In this document: positions 1 to 20,536 of the stretch, one piece after another
Layout: each line of letters opens with the position of its first letter
How positions within the stretch are numbered: the stretch's first letter is position 1
Origin: Amoebidium appalachense
Lineage: Eukaryota; Protista; Ichthyosporea
Length of the DNA stretch: 64,000 bases
Direction: 5' to 3'
Assembly: GCA_963693365.1 (NCBI GenBank)
Contig: CAVNZM010000002.1
Location: 8,095,059 to 8,159,058 of the forward strand
Made by a program: the position numbers and the translations under genes
Notes under the pieces: generated by a model
What the model saw: the letters and a program-made list of their open reading frames with translations, nothing else
The model's database searches: none
Told to the model about the DNA's origin: nothing

Positions 1-385
1 GGGGTTAGCTGGAAGCAGTGTTGTGGTAGGGCATCCATGTGGACCGTGTGCTGTTTAAATTCGTTGCATGTGTGTGTGTGAGTGCGTGTGTGTCTGTGTG
101 TATGCCGTTCTGGTAGTGTTTTTGATAATAGTGGGTGTATTTGTCACGGTGGTAATTGGGGAGATGTGTGGCCCCCCGGTGACGGCGGCCGGGAAGGGGG
201 GGAGGGGGGTGGGGGGGGGGGGATGGGAATTTGGATGCATTGTTTATCAGGCTCATGGTTTTTTTTTTCCCCACAGCACCACGGTCCCTACCATCCTCCC
301 CTGAGATCAGACGACGGAGCTTGGTGAGAATTCGTCACCCCTCACACCCCCTCCCCCCCCCCCCCCCCCCCCCCTCCTCCCCCCC

Positions 386-434
<49 letters not shown>

Positions 435-710
435 CCTTTTCCCCCCTCCCCCCCACCACACACACACCCCTCCCCCCTCGCTTTTTGATTCCTTCTCTAT
501 GGAGAATCGGTTGTGGATGTGGTTTGGTGGGCATACATCAAGATTATACACGTGTGCACCCAGGCACACACTGAGGCACACTTGCATGTGCAACCAGGCA
601 CACGTTCGTGTGCACTTTACACACAGCACTCAACACTTGCATACACATATATCAGTCCCCCCTTCCCCCCCTCCCATTCCAACCCCCGACGCACGCGCGC
701 GCACACACAC

Positions 711-767
<57 letters not shown>

Positions 768-1211
768 TAGCACGTGTATCCACACGCCCACGCACACACT
801 AACGAATTCACACACCAGCAAGGACGTTCACACACACGTGGAGTGTAAGGACAAGTACACACACACAGAACTGTGCACACACCCACACGTGCCCACAGGC
901 ACACACGTGACCACACAACGACACGCAAACACACGGGCATATCTGCACACATAACTACGCTTTGAAACCAACACAGAGCACAGCTTTTTCTCTCGATATA
1001 ACCACTTCCGACTCCGCTCCCGTTCTGCTGCATTCCAACTTCCCCCCCTCCCCCCGCCCCCCGCCTTCCCCCTCCCCCACTTTATTTATATTTTGTGTAC
1101 GCTTTGTGTGTATGCACATGTCTACGCTGTTGTTCATTTAGCAAGTCGTTATTTGAGCTCCTTTTTAGCACATTCCACAACCGCCCCCCCCCCCCCCCCC
1201 CCCCTCCCCCC

Positions 1212-1708
1212 AAAGTTCTGCCCTAGTAAGCGTGTTACTACCCTGCGGCGTGGGTCAAATCTCATATTTTCCCCTCTGATTGCGAATTCTGCGGCCTTCG
1301 GGACTTAATTCTTTTCAGCTGGTGTAGTATGTTAGCCAGGGAAGTATCGACTTAGGTAGCGACGGGGGAGCTTCCTAGAAGCCCCGTCTCCTGAGTTCCT
1401 ATCTATATTTTTCTTGCTTCTGCTTACTGCTGCAACTGTAACCCCCGGCCTTTCCCACTGCCCTTGCTTGCATAAACAACCCTGCTCGTCTCTGATCAAG
1501 ACGGGTGACCTACCCATGTTCAAGTGAAACAGTATCTGAGTTGGGTTTCGTTAACGAGGTGAATAGGTCGAAACTCGGGTATTGTGGATGACGTGGGGCC
1601 TCCCTGAGGATGGGCTCTGCTTATTATGCATACTCTTTATGTATGGCTTGCATTCTGCATCGTGTTATCTGTTTTGTTCTTGTGTACTTCGTACTTTTTG
1701 ACGAATTC
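1212..1708 (+). mobile_element. 5'-truncated non-coding copy of the Penelope-like element 3' end (family A)
   Basis: Near-identical to 41508-42003 (AAAGTTC..CCCTAGTAAGCGTG ... GTACTTCGTACTTTTTGACG); flanked by C-runs on both sides; lies upstream of the 2278 acceptor, probably intronic. Confidence 0.85.
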
Positions 1709-2277
1709 CCCCCCCCCCCCCCCCCCCCCCTCTTCTCCCCCTCCTCCCCACCCCTGTGTTTTTGCCTCTCCCTGTTGGAAAAACCCCCTAGACATGCTTG
1801 AAATTCATCGCTAACACGCTGCCACACAGAACCAAACACCTGCTAGCACCTACCGCACTTATAACAACACCGAGGTGTTTCAGGCCGAACAAGGTAAAGG
1901 TTAAACCCCTGCACGTGTGTGCGTGTGTGGGTTGGCTTCTGCCTAAATCATCGATTTACATCTCACTGATTAAATCCCCCCCTCCCCCCCCCCCCCCCCC
2001 TGCCCTTCGATCCCCTACTTGTGATGCATAGTCTTAATTTATGTTTTCTCTGTTGCAATATCTTTTTCGTGTTGTCCGTCGAGATATGGGGAATGTGTCT
2101 TTGTATAATATATGTGTGTTCTCGCAACACACCCTTACACCCAGAGCCCCAACCTCTTAGTACGCACACACGTGCACACACCGTACAAACCACCGACACA
2201 AATACCCCCTTCACTCTCTATGTATAATCTCTAGCATACACTAACTAAAAAATAACCACCCTTGTTCTCTTACACAG

Positions 2278-5200
2278 ACCATTCACCATTCGGATCACCC
2301 GTCGGCCTACGTCGCACCCCACCCACCACTTCTCTTTCCATGCGTAAACAACCAAGCACTGGGTTAAACCACAAATCATCTCTTGTGGAAGACACGGTGG
2401 AAGAGAGCGGAGAGACAAACACAGACATAACCCTTACGGGCAAAGTGGTTATGTCTGGCCTTCCATCGTCTTCAATCACTGACAAGATGTTTACTGATGA
2501 TACGAAAATGGGGGGGGGGAGCGTAGATACAGCCACCCAACCGCGAACAACACAATCACCCATGCTTTCGGAGCTTCTAGCACCCGAAACGCTACCAACA
2601 ATGAACCAGGAGCCGACGCTTTTACCCCCTTCTGCGAGTGTGACAAGTAGCCAATCGTCTCTTCCCATTCCCCAGGTGGATGTCGACATGGGGAGAGTGT
2701 CGCCTATGAGCGATTCCGAGTATGTGTTGGTTGGTGAGGAGGGGAACACACGGCCCTCTTCCCCAGAAAACACATCGGCCGTAGGGGTTGTGTCAGATAT
2801 GCACGCTTCTGCAGCAGACACACAAAACGCAACTAATGACACGATTTCATCGGAGGTAAACGTGGATTTGCTACCTACGACGTTTGTCACCTCTGGCGAG
2901 AACTGCAACACAACTGAAATTTCAATCGCAGAGGGACCAGTCGATCATGTTTCGTCAGCGGCCCCATCGCCGATCGAATGCCCACCCTCCGAGCACACGG
3001 ACACAGCACCCGAATCGAAGCCACCAGTGCCTGCGGTGAGCCAACCAGATCCCCAATCACCCCCAGCAAAACCCGAATCGCCACCACCACAACCCGAACA
3101 ACCCCCCTTGCCCCCAGCACAACCGGATATGCCCCTACAACAACCGGAACAACCCGAATCGCCCCCACCACAACCCGAACAACCCGAATCGCCCCCACCA
3201 CAACCCGAACAACCCGAATTGCCCCCACCACAACCCGAACAACCCGAATCGATCCCACCACAACCCGAACCGATTCCACTACAACCCGAATCGCCCCCAC
3301 CACAACCCGAATCACCCCCACCACAACCTGAATCGCCCCCACCACAACCCGAATCGCCCCCACGACAACACCAACAACGCGAATCATCCCCACCACAACC
3401 CGAACAACCCGATTCGATCCCACTACAACCCGAATCACCCCCAACACAACCCGAACGACTCAAATCGCCCCCATCACAGCCCGACACACGACAGCCACCG
3501 GAATTTTCATCACCACCGCCATCCGCATCACCGTCCATTTCATCCACATCGGTTGACGGACCGGTCGATGTAGAACATGAGGGTCACACTCACCCTGCGT
3601 TTGAGGAACCATCCGCACTTTCACAGCAAGTGACTGTGCACGAATCACAACAGGAGGAGGGGGTATTGGCATATGGGGAGGGACGTGTGGGATGTGAGGC
3701 TCAAAACCTGCCCACGTGTGAATCGATAATTTCGGGTGGTATCGACACGAGCACGTATGCTAATGCGGTGGAGGGTAACACCAGGCACGCAGTTTCTACC
3801 AAAGGTGCAGGCCCGGAATGTGAGGTACCATCCGCAGATGGTACCGAGCCTCCAGACGAGCACTTGCACACATTGTCAACCGACAACTCACAACCTGAGC
3901 CACAACCCACCACCACCCCCGCAGAGGACTATAACAATGTGTCGGAGTCGCCTCACACTACACACACCGACACACCCACCACCAACACCACCACCACCAA
4001 TGATCAATCCGACGAACAGGCACACATATCACCTGTCCCTGCTATAAGTGTGCACCGTGCCAGTCCGGAGCATTTCAACCCACTCTACGCCCCTGACAAC
4101 ACCACCACCCAACCACCCCTTGGAGATGCTACTGATATTCCACCAATCACATCCACACCCACCAGTAATTCCCCACCCACTACCACCACCACCACCCCGC
4201 CCACTTCTCAATCAGCGAAAACCACCACCACACCACCGTTTTCAAACCACAGTCCGCCAGGGGAATGGAACGGGAATAAATCTCTCTCATACACCATCAT
4301 CCCCCCAATGCACAGTTCCAAGTCTGGCACCCCGTCACGCAGAGCGTCCAGTCCAGGCCTCTCCAACCAAACCTCCCAACCGGGGACCCCAGTCACCAAA
4401 CACGCGTCGCACGTTATCAGAGAGAAAATCGAATCGCTCTTTTCATCGCAGCAACAGGGCGCAACCGCTTCTTCCCCTACACCACGTGAGCCACTTCGCC
4501 GCACGCTCAGCAATACTAGTGTCCAACAACTAGTTGAGCAGCACGAATCCTATGTCGAGGGTGCGAGTGGTAGAAACACACCGAGCAATGGCCTGTCTAC
4601 CCCCTCTACCCCAAGCACCACCCGGTCTGGGAGTCGTCGTGCGTCGTCCGGGGGATCTATCCAGGGCACGCCATTGGCTGATGGGGTGACGGGGAGCAGC
4701 GGGCGTGTATCGGTACCCACCACTCCTTTAAGAGCCGCAAGTGTGTCGAGTGAACGAGGGATAATCGGCGATGGGAACGATAACACAACGCCGCCAGCGG
4801 GATTTGTTGAGAGTGTTAGGACGTCGTTTGAGTCTTTGCTCACACCCAGCCCCGAGCCAACACCCCCGCCCCCACCTGCCCCCAAGCGGCCCCTCTCTAC
4901 TTCCATGTCCCTTCTTCCATCGGCACCGCCCATCAACGAAGAACCTGAGGACCCAACCGATCTCGAGATCCAGGTTATCACCGGAAACATAAATCTTCCA
5001 TCACAGGAATTTTCACAGCAATTCACCACTACCATCACCGATTTACCAACCACGGAAAATGACACAGCGGATATTCCCCCTCCCATCGACGTTTCTGGCA
5101 CCGGTGACGATATGTTCGTTTTGGACGGAAGCGGCGGTGCGCTTTCAGGCCAACGGGTCGAGCCAAGTCCACTTTCCGGTCAGGGGATCGAGTCGACCGA

Positions 5201-5991
5201 ATTGGTGCCTATATCGGGCAGCGTCGCGATATCCGGGGCCCCAGCCACCCCCATTTTTGCCAAGCTACCATCCGGGGTTGAATCTACCACCTCAACCCAC
5301 ACGAGCAAGTTAGCATCACCGTCTGCGGGGGTCGCCGCCCTTGTTCCCGTGATTCCTAGCCAATCAGATGGTGCAGATACCAATGTAACCATGACAACGG
5401 GTATTTCTTCTTCCTCCTCCCTGCTGCCTTTAAACACCACCACCGTTAACACACAACCAAACGCAGACTCCACACCGAGCACCCTGAACACGGCTCTTAC
5501 AAGCGCAAAACCATCATCCTCCGTCAAGTTTAACCCGGCTACCACACACATTCCCATCCCCGCCTCGCCCGAATCCACCTCCCGCCCAGAGTCCCCCACC
5601 TCCATCACTATCCTTAACTCGCTCCCGCAAAACCGCCCCGTATTCCTCCGGAGTAGAAGTTGTCCCGATGGTTTTTACATCAACATGGAACGACCTGCAA
5701 CACCGGATGCTGGGGATGTGAGGAATGGGGAGATGGGGGTACCCGAACCCCATAAGCTGCATGTGGAATTTGAAGAGAGTCAGAAGCCGGAGTATAACCC
5801 GGCTAAGGCCATGCGGTCACATATCGATAAGATGTCTGCGGCTGCTGAGGTGGGCTACCTCTTTTTGTTTGCTTGCAGCCCCCATACAGGTGTGCATACA
5901 GACAGGGGGGCACGCACACACATGAACACACCACGCACACAAGCGCGCACACACGCACACATGCGCGAGCGAGCGCACGCGCCCACACGCA

Positions 5992-6049
<58 letters not shown>

Positions 6050-6401
6050 AACACAGACACACACACACACACACACACAGACACACACAGACACGTGTGT
6101 GCCGCACATGGCATGCCCATGAGCACACCCTCGGTTCCTTTGATTTTTTTCGTCCACCCCCACCACTACTATTATCCCATGTATCTGCACTCCCATACCC
6201 CCCTCTCCGGGCAGCAGGTTACCTCCTGCCTCTTTCACTGTGATAATCTTTTTATTGTTTGTGTTGGGTAAGCACATGCCCGAACTACTTCCACATACTA
6301 GTATGTGCACAGGCTCATGCAAACAGACACACACAGAGAGAGAAGGGGAGAGACACACACACATGAATGCGGCATACAGCCACACGCGCACCACACACAC
6401 A

Positions 6402-6432
<31 letters not shown>

Positions 6433-7026
6433 CACAGCCATACACACACACACACACACACTCACTCACTCACTCACTCACTCACACACTCACACACTCA
6501 CACACTCACACACTCACACAAGCTCACACGCACACGCACACGCACACGCACACGCATGCTCACACATGCACCCACCCATGCAGACGGGCAATCTTGACCG
6601 ATTCAGCGAGATGGTTAAGACTCGTTATAAACCTGTAAGGAAACAGCCAGCCGCCGTCCCAGACATCGAACGCCCCCGCCCGAAATTCACCGATCTGCAT
6701 CTCCAGCTCCAATCCGACCGATTCGACGAGATCGTGACCAAAAGGAACAAGCAGTTGGCTGAGGTGCAAATCCAAAAGACCAAAAACAATTTCTGCGACA
6801 GCCTATTGGACGAAGAACTAGAGGACTGGGAGCCGGAGCCGGCCCCTGTGCGATCAGTGTCCACCCCCCCTATGGATGGTGGGTGTGTTCCGTCATCCTG
6901 TGTGGCGGCTGCAGCTGAGCCCGTCTACACCGTGGTGCCTGCTGTGGGGACGGCGAGTGCACAACCCCCTGGCCCGAAGGTTATCTTCCACATTCTCATG
7001 GTAACATCCCCCCCTCCCCTCCCCCC

Positions 7027-7060
<34 letters not shown>

Positions 7061-7131
7061 ACCCTTGCATCCACGCACTTACCCACCACCACCAATCCCT
7101 TCTCCTCCTCCTTCTCCGCTCAACCCCCCCC

Positions 7132-7163
<32 letters not shown>

Positions 7164-7164
7164 A

Positions 7165-7223
<59 letters not shown>

Positions 7224-7770
7224 TCACACTCAAACGCACGCACGCATCTATCTTAGTTCCCCGTTCCTCCTGTCACAGCTCTTACACATCCACCAAAGTT
7301 GCATGTGTCTCGTAACACACGAGTAATATCATCTAAGAATCAAACCCAACCACTGTGCTCGGTTGATAACCAAACATGGTAATTCCAGAATGCTCGGTAC
7401 TACACAACCCAGACGGGGCATACCGGGGTCACCAACCGTGTGTGTTTCCGCCTGCCTGCCCACCGCCCTCTGCGTGTATTGATGGAGGCCTTTACCAAGA
7501 GGGCTAACCTGACCTATCCCGATCTCACCAACCACTCATTCATGGTAAGTGTTTGACTCCCTGATAGCATATCATTTGGGATGGGCGGGGGGGAGGGGGG
7601 AGGGGAGGGGAAGGGGGAGGGGGGGAGAGGGGGGGGGGGGGGGGGTGTGAATACTCTCCCTCGCCCTAAAGAAAAAGGAGAGAGAAAAATTGAAAATGGA
7701 CGGATGAAAGAGGTTGAACCAGAGAAACCAAACCAAGGGATAGATGTAGGAGGAGGAGGAAAAGGGGGAA

Positions 7771-7810
<40 letters not shown>

Positions 7811-8027
7811 GAATGAATATATCCCAGCCTCCTTCATCCACAGCACGTTTTGTACCCGACCCATTTCTTTCTAACACTGTTCTCTATCTCCGTATTTCCA
7901 CTTACACCCATACACACAGTACTGTGGTCGACCTCTGGACCCTTCAAAGACCCCATCAGACTACGGCATTGAAAAGGGTGCCACCATCGTGTTCTATCCC
8001 GGCTGCCCAGTCGTCCAGGCAGTGTGA
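2278..8027 (+). CDS. Large low-complexity Pro/Ser/Thr-rich protein with C-terminal ubiquitin/SUMO-like domain (5' exons probably upstream, not resolved)
   Basis: Exons about 2278-5849, 6584-7000, 7389-7544, 7920-8027 joined by phase-0 GT-AG introns; CTAAC branch motif at 2241. Spliced C-terminus KVIFHILM..RVCFRLPAHRPLRVLMEAFTKRANL..SFMYCGRPLDPSKTPSDYGIEKGATIVFYPG resembles a beta-grasp UBL/SUMO-like pattern. TGA at 8025-8027. Confidence 0.7.
3070..3480 (+). repeat. Coding tandem repeat encoding (QPE)QPESPPP units
   Basis: Repeated CAACCCGAATCGCCCCCACCA in 21/30 bp units within the long ORF. Confidence 0.9.
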
Positions 8028-8175
8028 AATTTCGTATATCTACACCACAATTGTGTTCTATCCCGGTCAGTACTTGCCAGGGCAGCGCGGGAATTTGAAT
8101 ATCTACACGCCTGTTGTGTTTTGCCCCAGCCGTGCACTTGCCCTAGCTGCGTGAAATATTGTGTATCTAGCCACG
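7989..8175 (+). repeat. Degenerate 63-64 bp triplication spanning the stop codon
   Basis: GTGTTCTATCCCGG at 7989 and 8053, GTGTTTTGCCCCAG at 8116; each unit also carries a downstream GAAA/GAAT...TATCTA block. Confidence 0.7.
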
Positions 8176-9065
8176 TAAAGTTTTCACATGTTCGTTTCAT
8201 GGTTGAGAGCATCCACTTGTTGTTTGACGTAAATTTGCCGTGATATACATATTGCTGGATATCTGAATTGATTCATAGTTTCAATAGCTTACCCTTTTTT
8301 TTTTTTTCGTTTTTTCATACTTTTTCTGTTTTTGTCTGCCTTTTTTTGGAGTTTGCATGTTCCGTTGGTACAAAATTTGTATCCTTATCACGAAGGTTCA
8401 TGGAATGATCATATAGGGATGGCTACTAATAATATTAATTCATGATACTAATAATACAAAAAAAAGTAGGAATATACCCTGGTTTTTTGGGCAATAATGC
8501 ATATACGTATGACTTCATTCTCAATAGCTTTTGCCTGTTCCTTGGGTCGATAGCTTTCAATGTTGGTTTTAGTGCATGATTTGAGATATAGTTGGATGAT
8601 AGTCGTTTATTTCAGTTGCTTTACTACCGATGTAACAGGTTGGACCTGCTGAGCAACGGAAGGTTGGAATAAATGTGAATTGATGTTGAAGAATGAAATC
8701 TCCCCTCCCCTTGAGCTCATGTTGTATTCCAGACAGTGCACGTATTTCAAAACAATTGGCAGTTTGCCGGTGCCACACCTGGGCAAGAAAACCATGAATG
8801 CTTTTGAAATTTATTGGATTTTTTGTGTACGTACGCGTACACAGGTGTGGGTGGGCGCGGCGCGTCTGTACCTGCTGAGGTTGGATAAGTGGTGGGAGCC
8901 TAGGTGTGATGTGGGTAGTCTGTCTTCCCGATGTGTAGGCGTAGGTGTGTGTGTGTGGTGTATACAGGTATACCAAAAGTGGAAAGGGAGTACTGCATTG
9001 GGCGAGAATTCGAAATTCTTGTTGCATAAACCTTCGGGAGGGACACCGCGGCACGTAGATGATCC

Positions 9066-9152
<87 letters not shown>

Positions 9153-9588
9153 TTCTCCTGGATACTGTTCAAAACACAGTCACACACATTATGTTGTTTC
9201 AACTGTTCATGTCAGACCTATTAGTTTATTACTGATGCATATAAATGTATCGGTGGTACCGGTGCCACTATATTATGTAATTAGCTATAAGTCATGTAAT
9301 CATAAGTTACCCGCTACACACAGATACTCCAGAAACAGAGTTTATATCAACGAGCAAGTCATGATCAGAGCGAGCTTGAGCAGGAACATTAAAAAACGGT
9401 CAGGAAGGGTTGGCCCACATCTCATTTCCCGTGAAGACCAGATAGGTAACCAAAACCAAATAGGGTGAAGCGGAAGTTACCGTGTGTAACGGAGGTAACC
9501 AAAACTAAACAGGGTGAAGCGGAAGATACGGAAGCATTGGGTCGGTGGGTCGGTGGTGGTGGTGGTGATGATGGAGGTGTGTGTGTGG

Positions 9589-9624
<36 letters not shown>

Positions 9625-9872
9625 CCCCCGACGGGCCATCGGCCAACCCCACCTTACCTCTGCATAATCACACGAGACATGCGCACCACAGTTGGCTTGC
9701 TATCTTTTATTTTATCAACGTGACAAAGTAGCATAGCTATTAACCACATAACGCGTCATTTGACAAATCGTGTCATCAATATTTACACAAAACGTGTGTC
9801 TGAATTTGCTTACATTGAATAACTCCTTGGCTGTATATACACATAATGTAGCTGATTAGCCAAATATAGAAA

Positions 9873-9897
9873 TTTGGGCGGGAAGTTTTGGCGCGCA
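9873..9897. promoter_or_regulatory. Tandem E2F-like binding sites
   Basis: TTTGGGCGGGAAG followed directly by TTTTGGCGCGCA in AT-rich intergenic DNA. Confidence 0.45.
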
Positions 9898-10090
9898 ATA
9901 AAAAAGCCTTTATAAAACAATAAAAAAAGTAGCAATATCACAGAACAGTCACTGTACAAGATCACGTGTACCTATATCCCCCTTAAAGCATAGGCAGGTG
10001 TGGCACTCAGTAAAAATAATACAAGAAAACATATCCAAAATGGGGCATATTACAAGCGTGATGCCCTCATAGCAGTGAAGAAGGGGGACA

Positions 10091-10125
<35 letters not shown>

Positions 10126-10359
10126 TGGGTGGGTGGGTCTGTTGGTGAGTGCGGGGGGGGGGGGGGGGGGGGGAGGGGGAGGGAGGAGGAGCATGTAAAA
10201 CCAATCATCTCTAACTACCACACTGTGTACCTCCCCCCTCCCCCCCCCCCCCCCCCCCCCCCCCCCCCGCCCCCCGTCCCCCCCGTGTGCATGCCATCTC
10301 CAAACCCAGAGAAACATGAACAGTTACAACCCAAATACCCCCCCACACCCCCATCATCC

Positions 10360-16563
<6,204 letters not shown>

Positions 16564-18309
16564 CGTTGATAATGGCTAAAAATGGAACTCCCGGTGAGTA
16601 GTGAAACCAGTGTGGCAGGAAGCGTGGAAGGATCTTTGAGGGATGAACTGGATCTGTATGGGGTGTGAGAGGAGGGAGTGAGGGACACGTAATGGTTGTG
16701 AATCCACATAATAATCGGTTGCCACGACCGCAGACTCCCCCTTGGCCCTCCAACCACACCCCCTTCTACCCCCCTCCCCCTCCTCCCCCCCCCCCCCCCC
16801 CCCCTTCCCTCCCCCCGCCCCGCCCCCCCTCCCCCCCCCCCGCCCCCAGGCATACAGACAAAAACACACACACAAAGTGAATAGAATTAGCGCTCCCCAC
16901 ATGTGGCCCTGGACAATTGTTTTCCTCCGTGTTACAAGCTTCGCACCACACCAGCAACAGCTTTACACAAGTTCCCCCAGGCGTGGAGATAAGCAGCAAT
17001 CTCGCTTTTTGCTAGCTCGACACCCTCGGATCACCCTCCCTCTCTTATCACACTGCTCGTTCTCTTGCTCTCTCACACTTACTCCAACATTACCTCAGCT
17101 TCCCCACCCCTCCTCCCCAAAACACAAAAACAGGACACACTGGACCCCCCCCCCCCCCCCCCACCCCCACCCCCACCCCCTCCCCGCACACCCCCCTCCC
17201 CTCCTCCCTCCTGAACACCTCCGCTCATCCTTAGGCGTAAATGCCTCTGCCTACCTTTCAGTCAAAAATCAGAACAGCATCTCAGGAACAAATATTTTAT
17301 GTAACAAGGAGCGAGTCCGATGATCAAAAAAAAAGTCGTCAGATCCCACACTGTGAGCTTAAAAATCTTCAAAACTCTTACTTCAACTAGTCGTTTACTC
17401 TAATTGACGCATTAACAACTGTCGGTAAGCTTTAGGCTTCATTTCAACCCATACCAGGAAACCTACACACGTTCACAAAGGAAAGCTTCTTTCAACAACA
17501 GGCCTGGGTTTGTCGTCTGAAGTTTCGGATGTTATTTACTCACTAACCCCCTTATTTCCGTCCTAAAATATGCTCATGGCACTTCTTTGGCCGTTCTTCT
17601 AAGAAAAATCAAAGAGAGCCCTCTTACTAACGGGACAGCTTGTGCCAGGCTGGCTTCAAGTAATCTACAGTGGCGGCTACGTTCAGATCCTAGATCTGCC
17701 TGCTAATATTTGGTAGCCATGTACGCGCAGAGGAAACACAAAACTGGTATTGTGTATCAACCTAGAGGCCAAACAAATGAAAGTGAGGAATAAAGAACAT
17801 ATGTGTTACTATGAGGGAACCAATATAGAACAATAAAAAAAGTAGGAATATCGTGTTGCAGGACAGAACAAAACTAACCTTTGACGGACAACCTGAGGCA
17901 GCCGCTTCTTAGCGACCCTAACGGCTATGGAATGTGTCAATATCATTATCTTCAAGTCGACCAACCAATGGTTTTACAAACTGCTGTTCGCTTATTATAT
18001 ATTGTATTAAAAAATTTTAAAATCAAAGCGGATTTTAAAACATGAGATATCATTTGTTTGCTTTGAACAGCAAAAGCTGAGCAACCAATCAGAAAGATGA
18101 TTTATTTTTAAGCCAATGAATGATGCTCTAATTAACCTAAATATGGCAGACGCGCAATCATTTAGATTGGCGCGCTATTATGTACATACTTCCCACCTGC
18201 CTTCAGTTCACCGCGAGTCAGCTCTCAGTTTTGCTTTTGCTTTGTTTTGTTTCTTTCGCTCACTGAACGGGGAACAGGGGTTTTGTCCCCTCACGGCCCT
18301 CGCCCGAAA

Positions 18310-18991
18310 ATGCTACTACGCGGGCGTGGCCGCTTGCTTATAGTAGCACTTGCGTTCGCATTTGTCTACTTTGGCTGGAAAAAACTCGGGGGGTTTAGCG
18401 AGAGCGTGGCTACAAAGCTTGGTGGTTCGTCTATTGTACAAGAGATAAGACCTCAGGTTCCTGCACCCCCACCCTCACCCATACGGTTGGAGCAAAAACA
18501 AGGGGAGGGTATACAACATGACGGGGAAGATCTTGTGAAGAAGGCCGAGGAGAAGCTGTTGGGTGGCCTTGGCGGCACAGAGAAGGTATGGTGTCTGATT
18601 ATGTGTGGGTGTGTATGTCTGTGTGGGCTCGTGCGTGTGTCTGTGTGTGCGCGCGTGTGGTTCTTTCGCGTGTATTTGTACGTTTGCGTGTGAGTGTGTG
18701 TGGATGGGGGCGTGTAGCGTGTATGTGTGAACGAGTTTGTCTCCGTGTACTTTTGTACGCTTGTGTGTCTGTTTGGTTTTATGTGTGTCCCTGTGTGTGA
18801 CTGCGATTGTGTGTGTGTGTTTCGGCAGGCGTATATGATTTTCTGTGTGTCCGTGCGTCTGGCATCATGTAGTTTGCACTTGTGTGTGCATACACGAGCA
18901 CGCCTGGGTGGATGTGTGAGTGTGCCGGCGCACGAATGCTTTTGTTCGTCCCATGCGTGTATCCCCGTGTATTTGTAAACTTAATAGTGTT

Positions 18992-19023
<32 letters not shown>

Positions 19024-19063
19024 TTTTTTTTGTGGCGGTGGTGGGTGAGTGGGGGCGGGAGAG

Positions 19064-19100
<37 letters not shown>

Positions 19101-19213
19101 GGGGGGGGGGGGGAGGGGGGTGGGCATGGAACGAGTATGTATAGCAATGTGAGCATGGTGCCAGTATTTCATTGAGTGCTTGTGCAGTAATGTGTAGATG
19201 TGTGTATGTGCTG

Positions 19214-19244
<31 letters not shown>

Positions 19245-20503
19245 CACTTTGGTGTTCTTGTGCTGGTGCGTGTGCTTGTCGGTGTGTGAGCATGCTGTGT
19301 TCTTGTGCCTGTGGTGCTTCCGTTAATATCACATTCTGGAGTACTCGGGCTCATCGTTTTTATTTTTTCGCCTGGACCAAGTAGTTACTCGTGTCATAGT
19401 AGTGCTCATAGAAGTTTGTGTGCTTGCATGTACTTGGGGAGGGTAAGGCAGTGTGCGTGCCTGTAAGTACTGAAGGGGCTGAAATTGTTCTTGTGGCCGT
19501 CAATGTGACGTAAAAGAAAGTAGTGCAGCCGGGTTGGGTGTTTGTGCGGAGGAAAGAGGACGGTGCTCAAGTTTGTTATGGGGAGACGTGTGACAGAGTG
19601 TTGATAGGGCACATACGGCTGCTTGGATTCCGTGTTGAACTGGTTGGGGGAAGGAGAGAGGGGGGGGGGGGGGGGGGGGAGGGGAGGAGGGGGGGGGGGG
19701 GGGGGGGATAATGGATCTTGGTTGAGTGCAGTGGAGGAGGGTGGATTGGGAAGGGTGTGGGGTGTGCAGGGGGACGCAAGTAGAGTGGAAATGGGGGGGA
19801 GGGGGAGGGGGTGGATATAGTGTGCTGTGTCTTTTGAATGTTTTCTGACCACGTGATTGTGGACAGGAGCACGTGGGTGTGCGAGAGGCAGGGCAGGCTG
19901 CCACGGCCAAGATAGTGTCGTGCCCAGCGTGACAGCTGTCTCGCCTGCCGGAAGTCAAATACTTTGTGTTCAATCTGGCCCCACAGTACAAGCCAAAGCT
20001 TACGGTATGTGCGCCTGGCTGGGCAAGTGTATGTGCGTTTGTATGTGTGGGCGAAGGGAAGAGGGGGGGAGGGGGATAGTTATGTCTGTGCACGTTATAG
20101 GGGTTGGCTGGGTGTGTTTGTGTGTGTCTGTATATGTCTGTTTCGGACGGGGACGGAGAAAAGGGTTGGGGGGGGGGGGGGGGGGGGGGGGAGGGGGGGG
20201 GGGAGGTGGAAGTGAGGCGGACGTAGGCTGAGAGGGCAGGGAAGAGGGAAGGAGAGTAAGTCGTGTGGGCAGTTGTGGTGAGCATGTGGCTCTTTTTTTT
20301 TTGGTGTGCGTGTGTGTGTTTGTATTTGTGTGGTTAAGAGGAGGGGGGAAGGAGGGGAGCAGGCAGCAGCAGTTGTATCAGTCCTACGCTGTTCAGGTTT
20401 GGTAGAGGAAGATGGGAGGGCCTAACAAATTTGTACTGGTGGGGAGGTGTGTGAATGGAGGGGGGGGGGGAGGGAGGAAGAGAGGTGGGGGGGGGAGTGG
20501 GGG

Positions 20504-20536
<33 letters not shown>

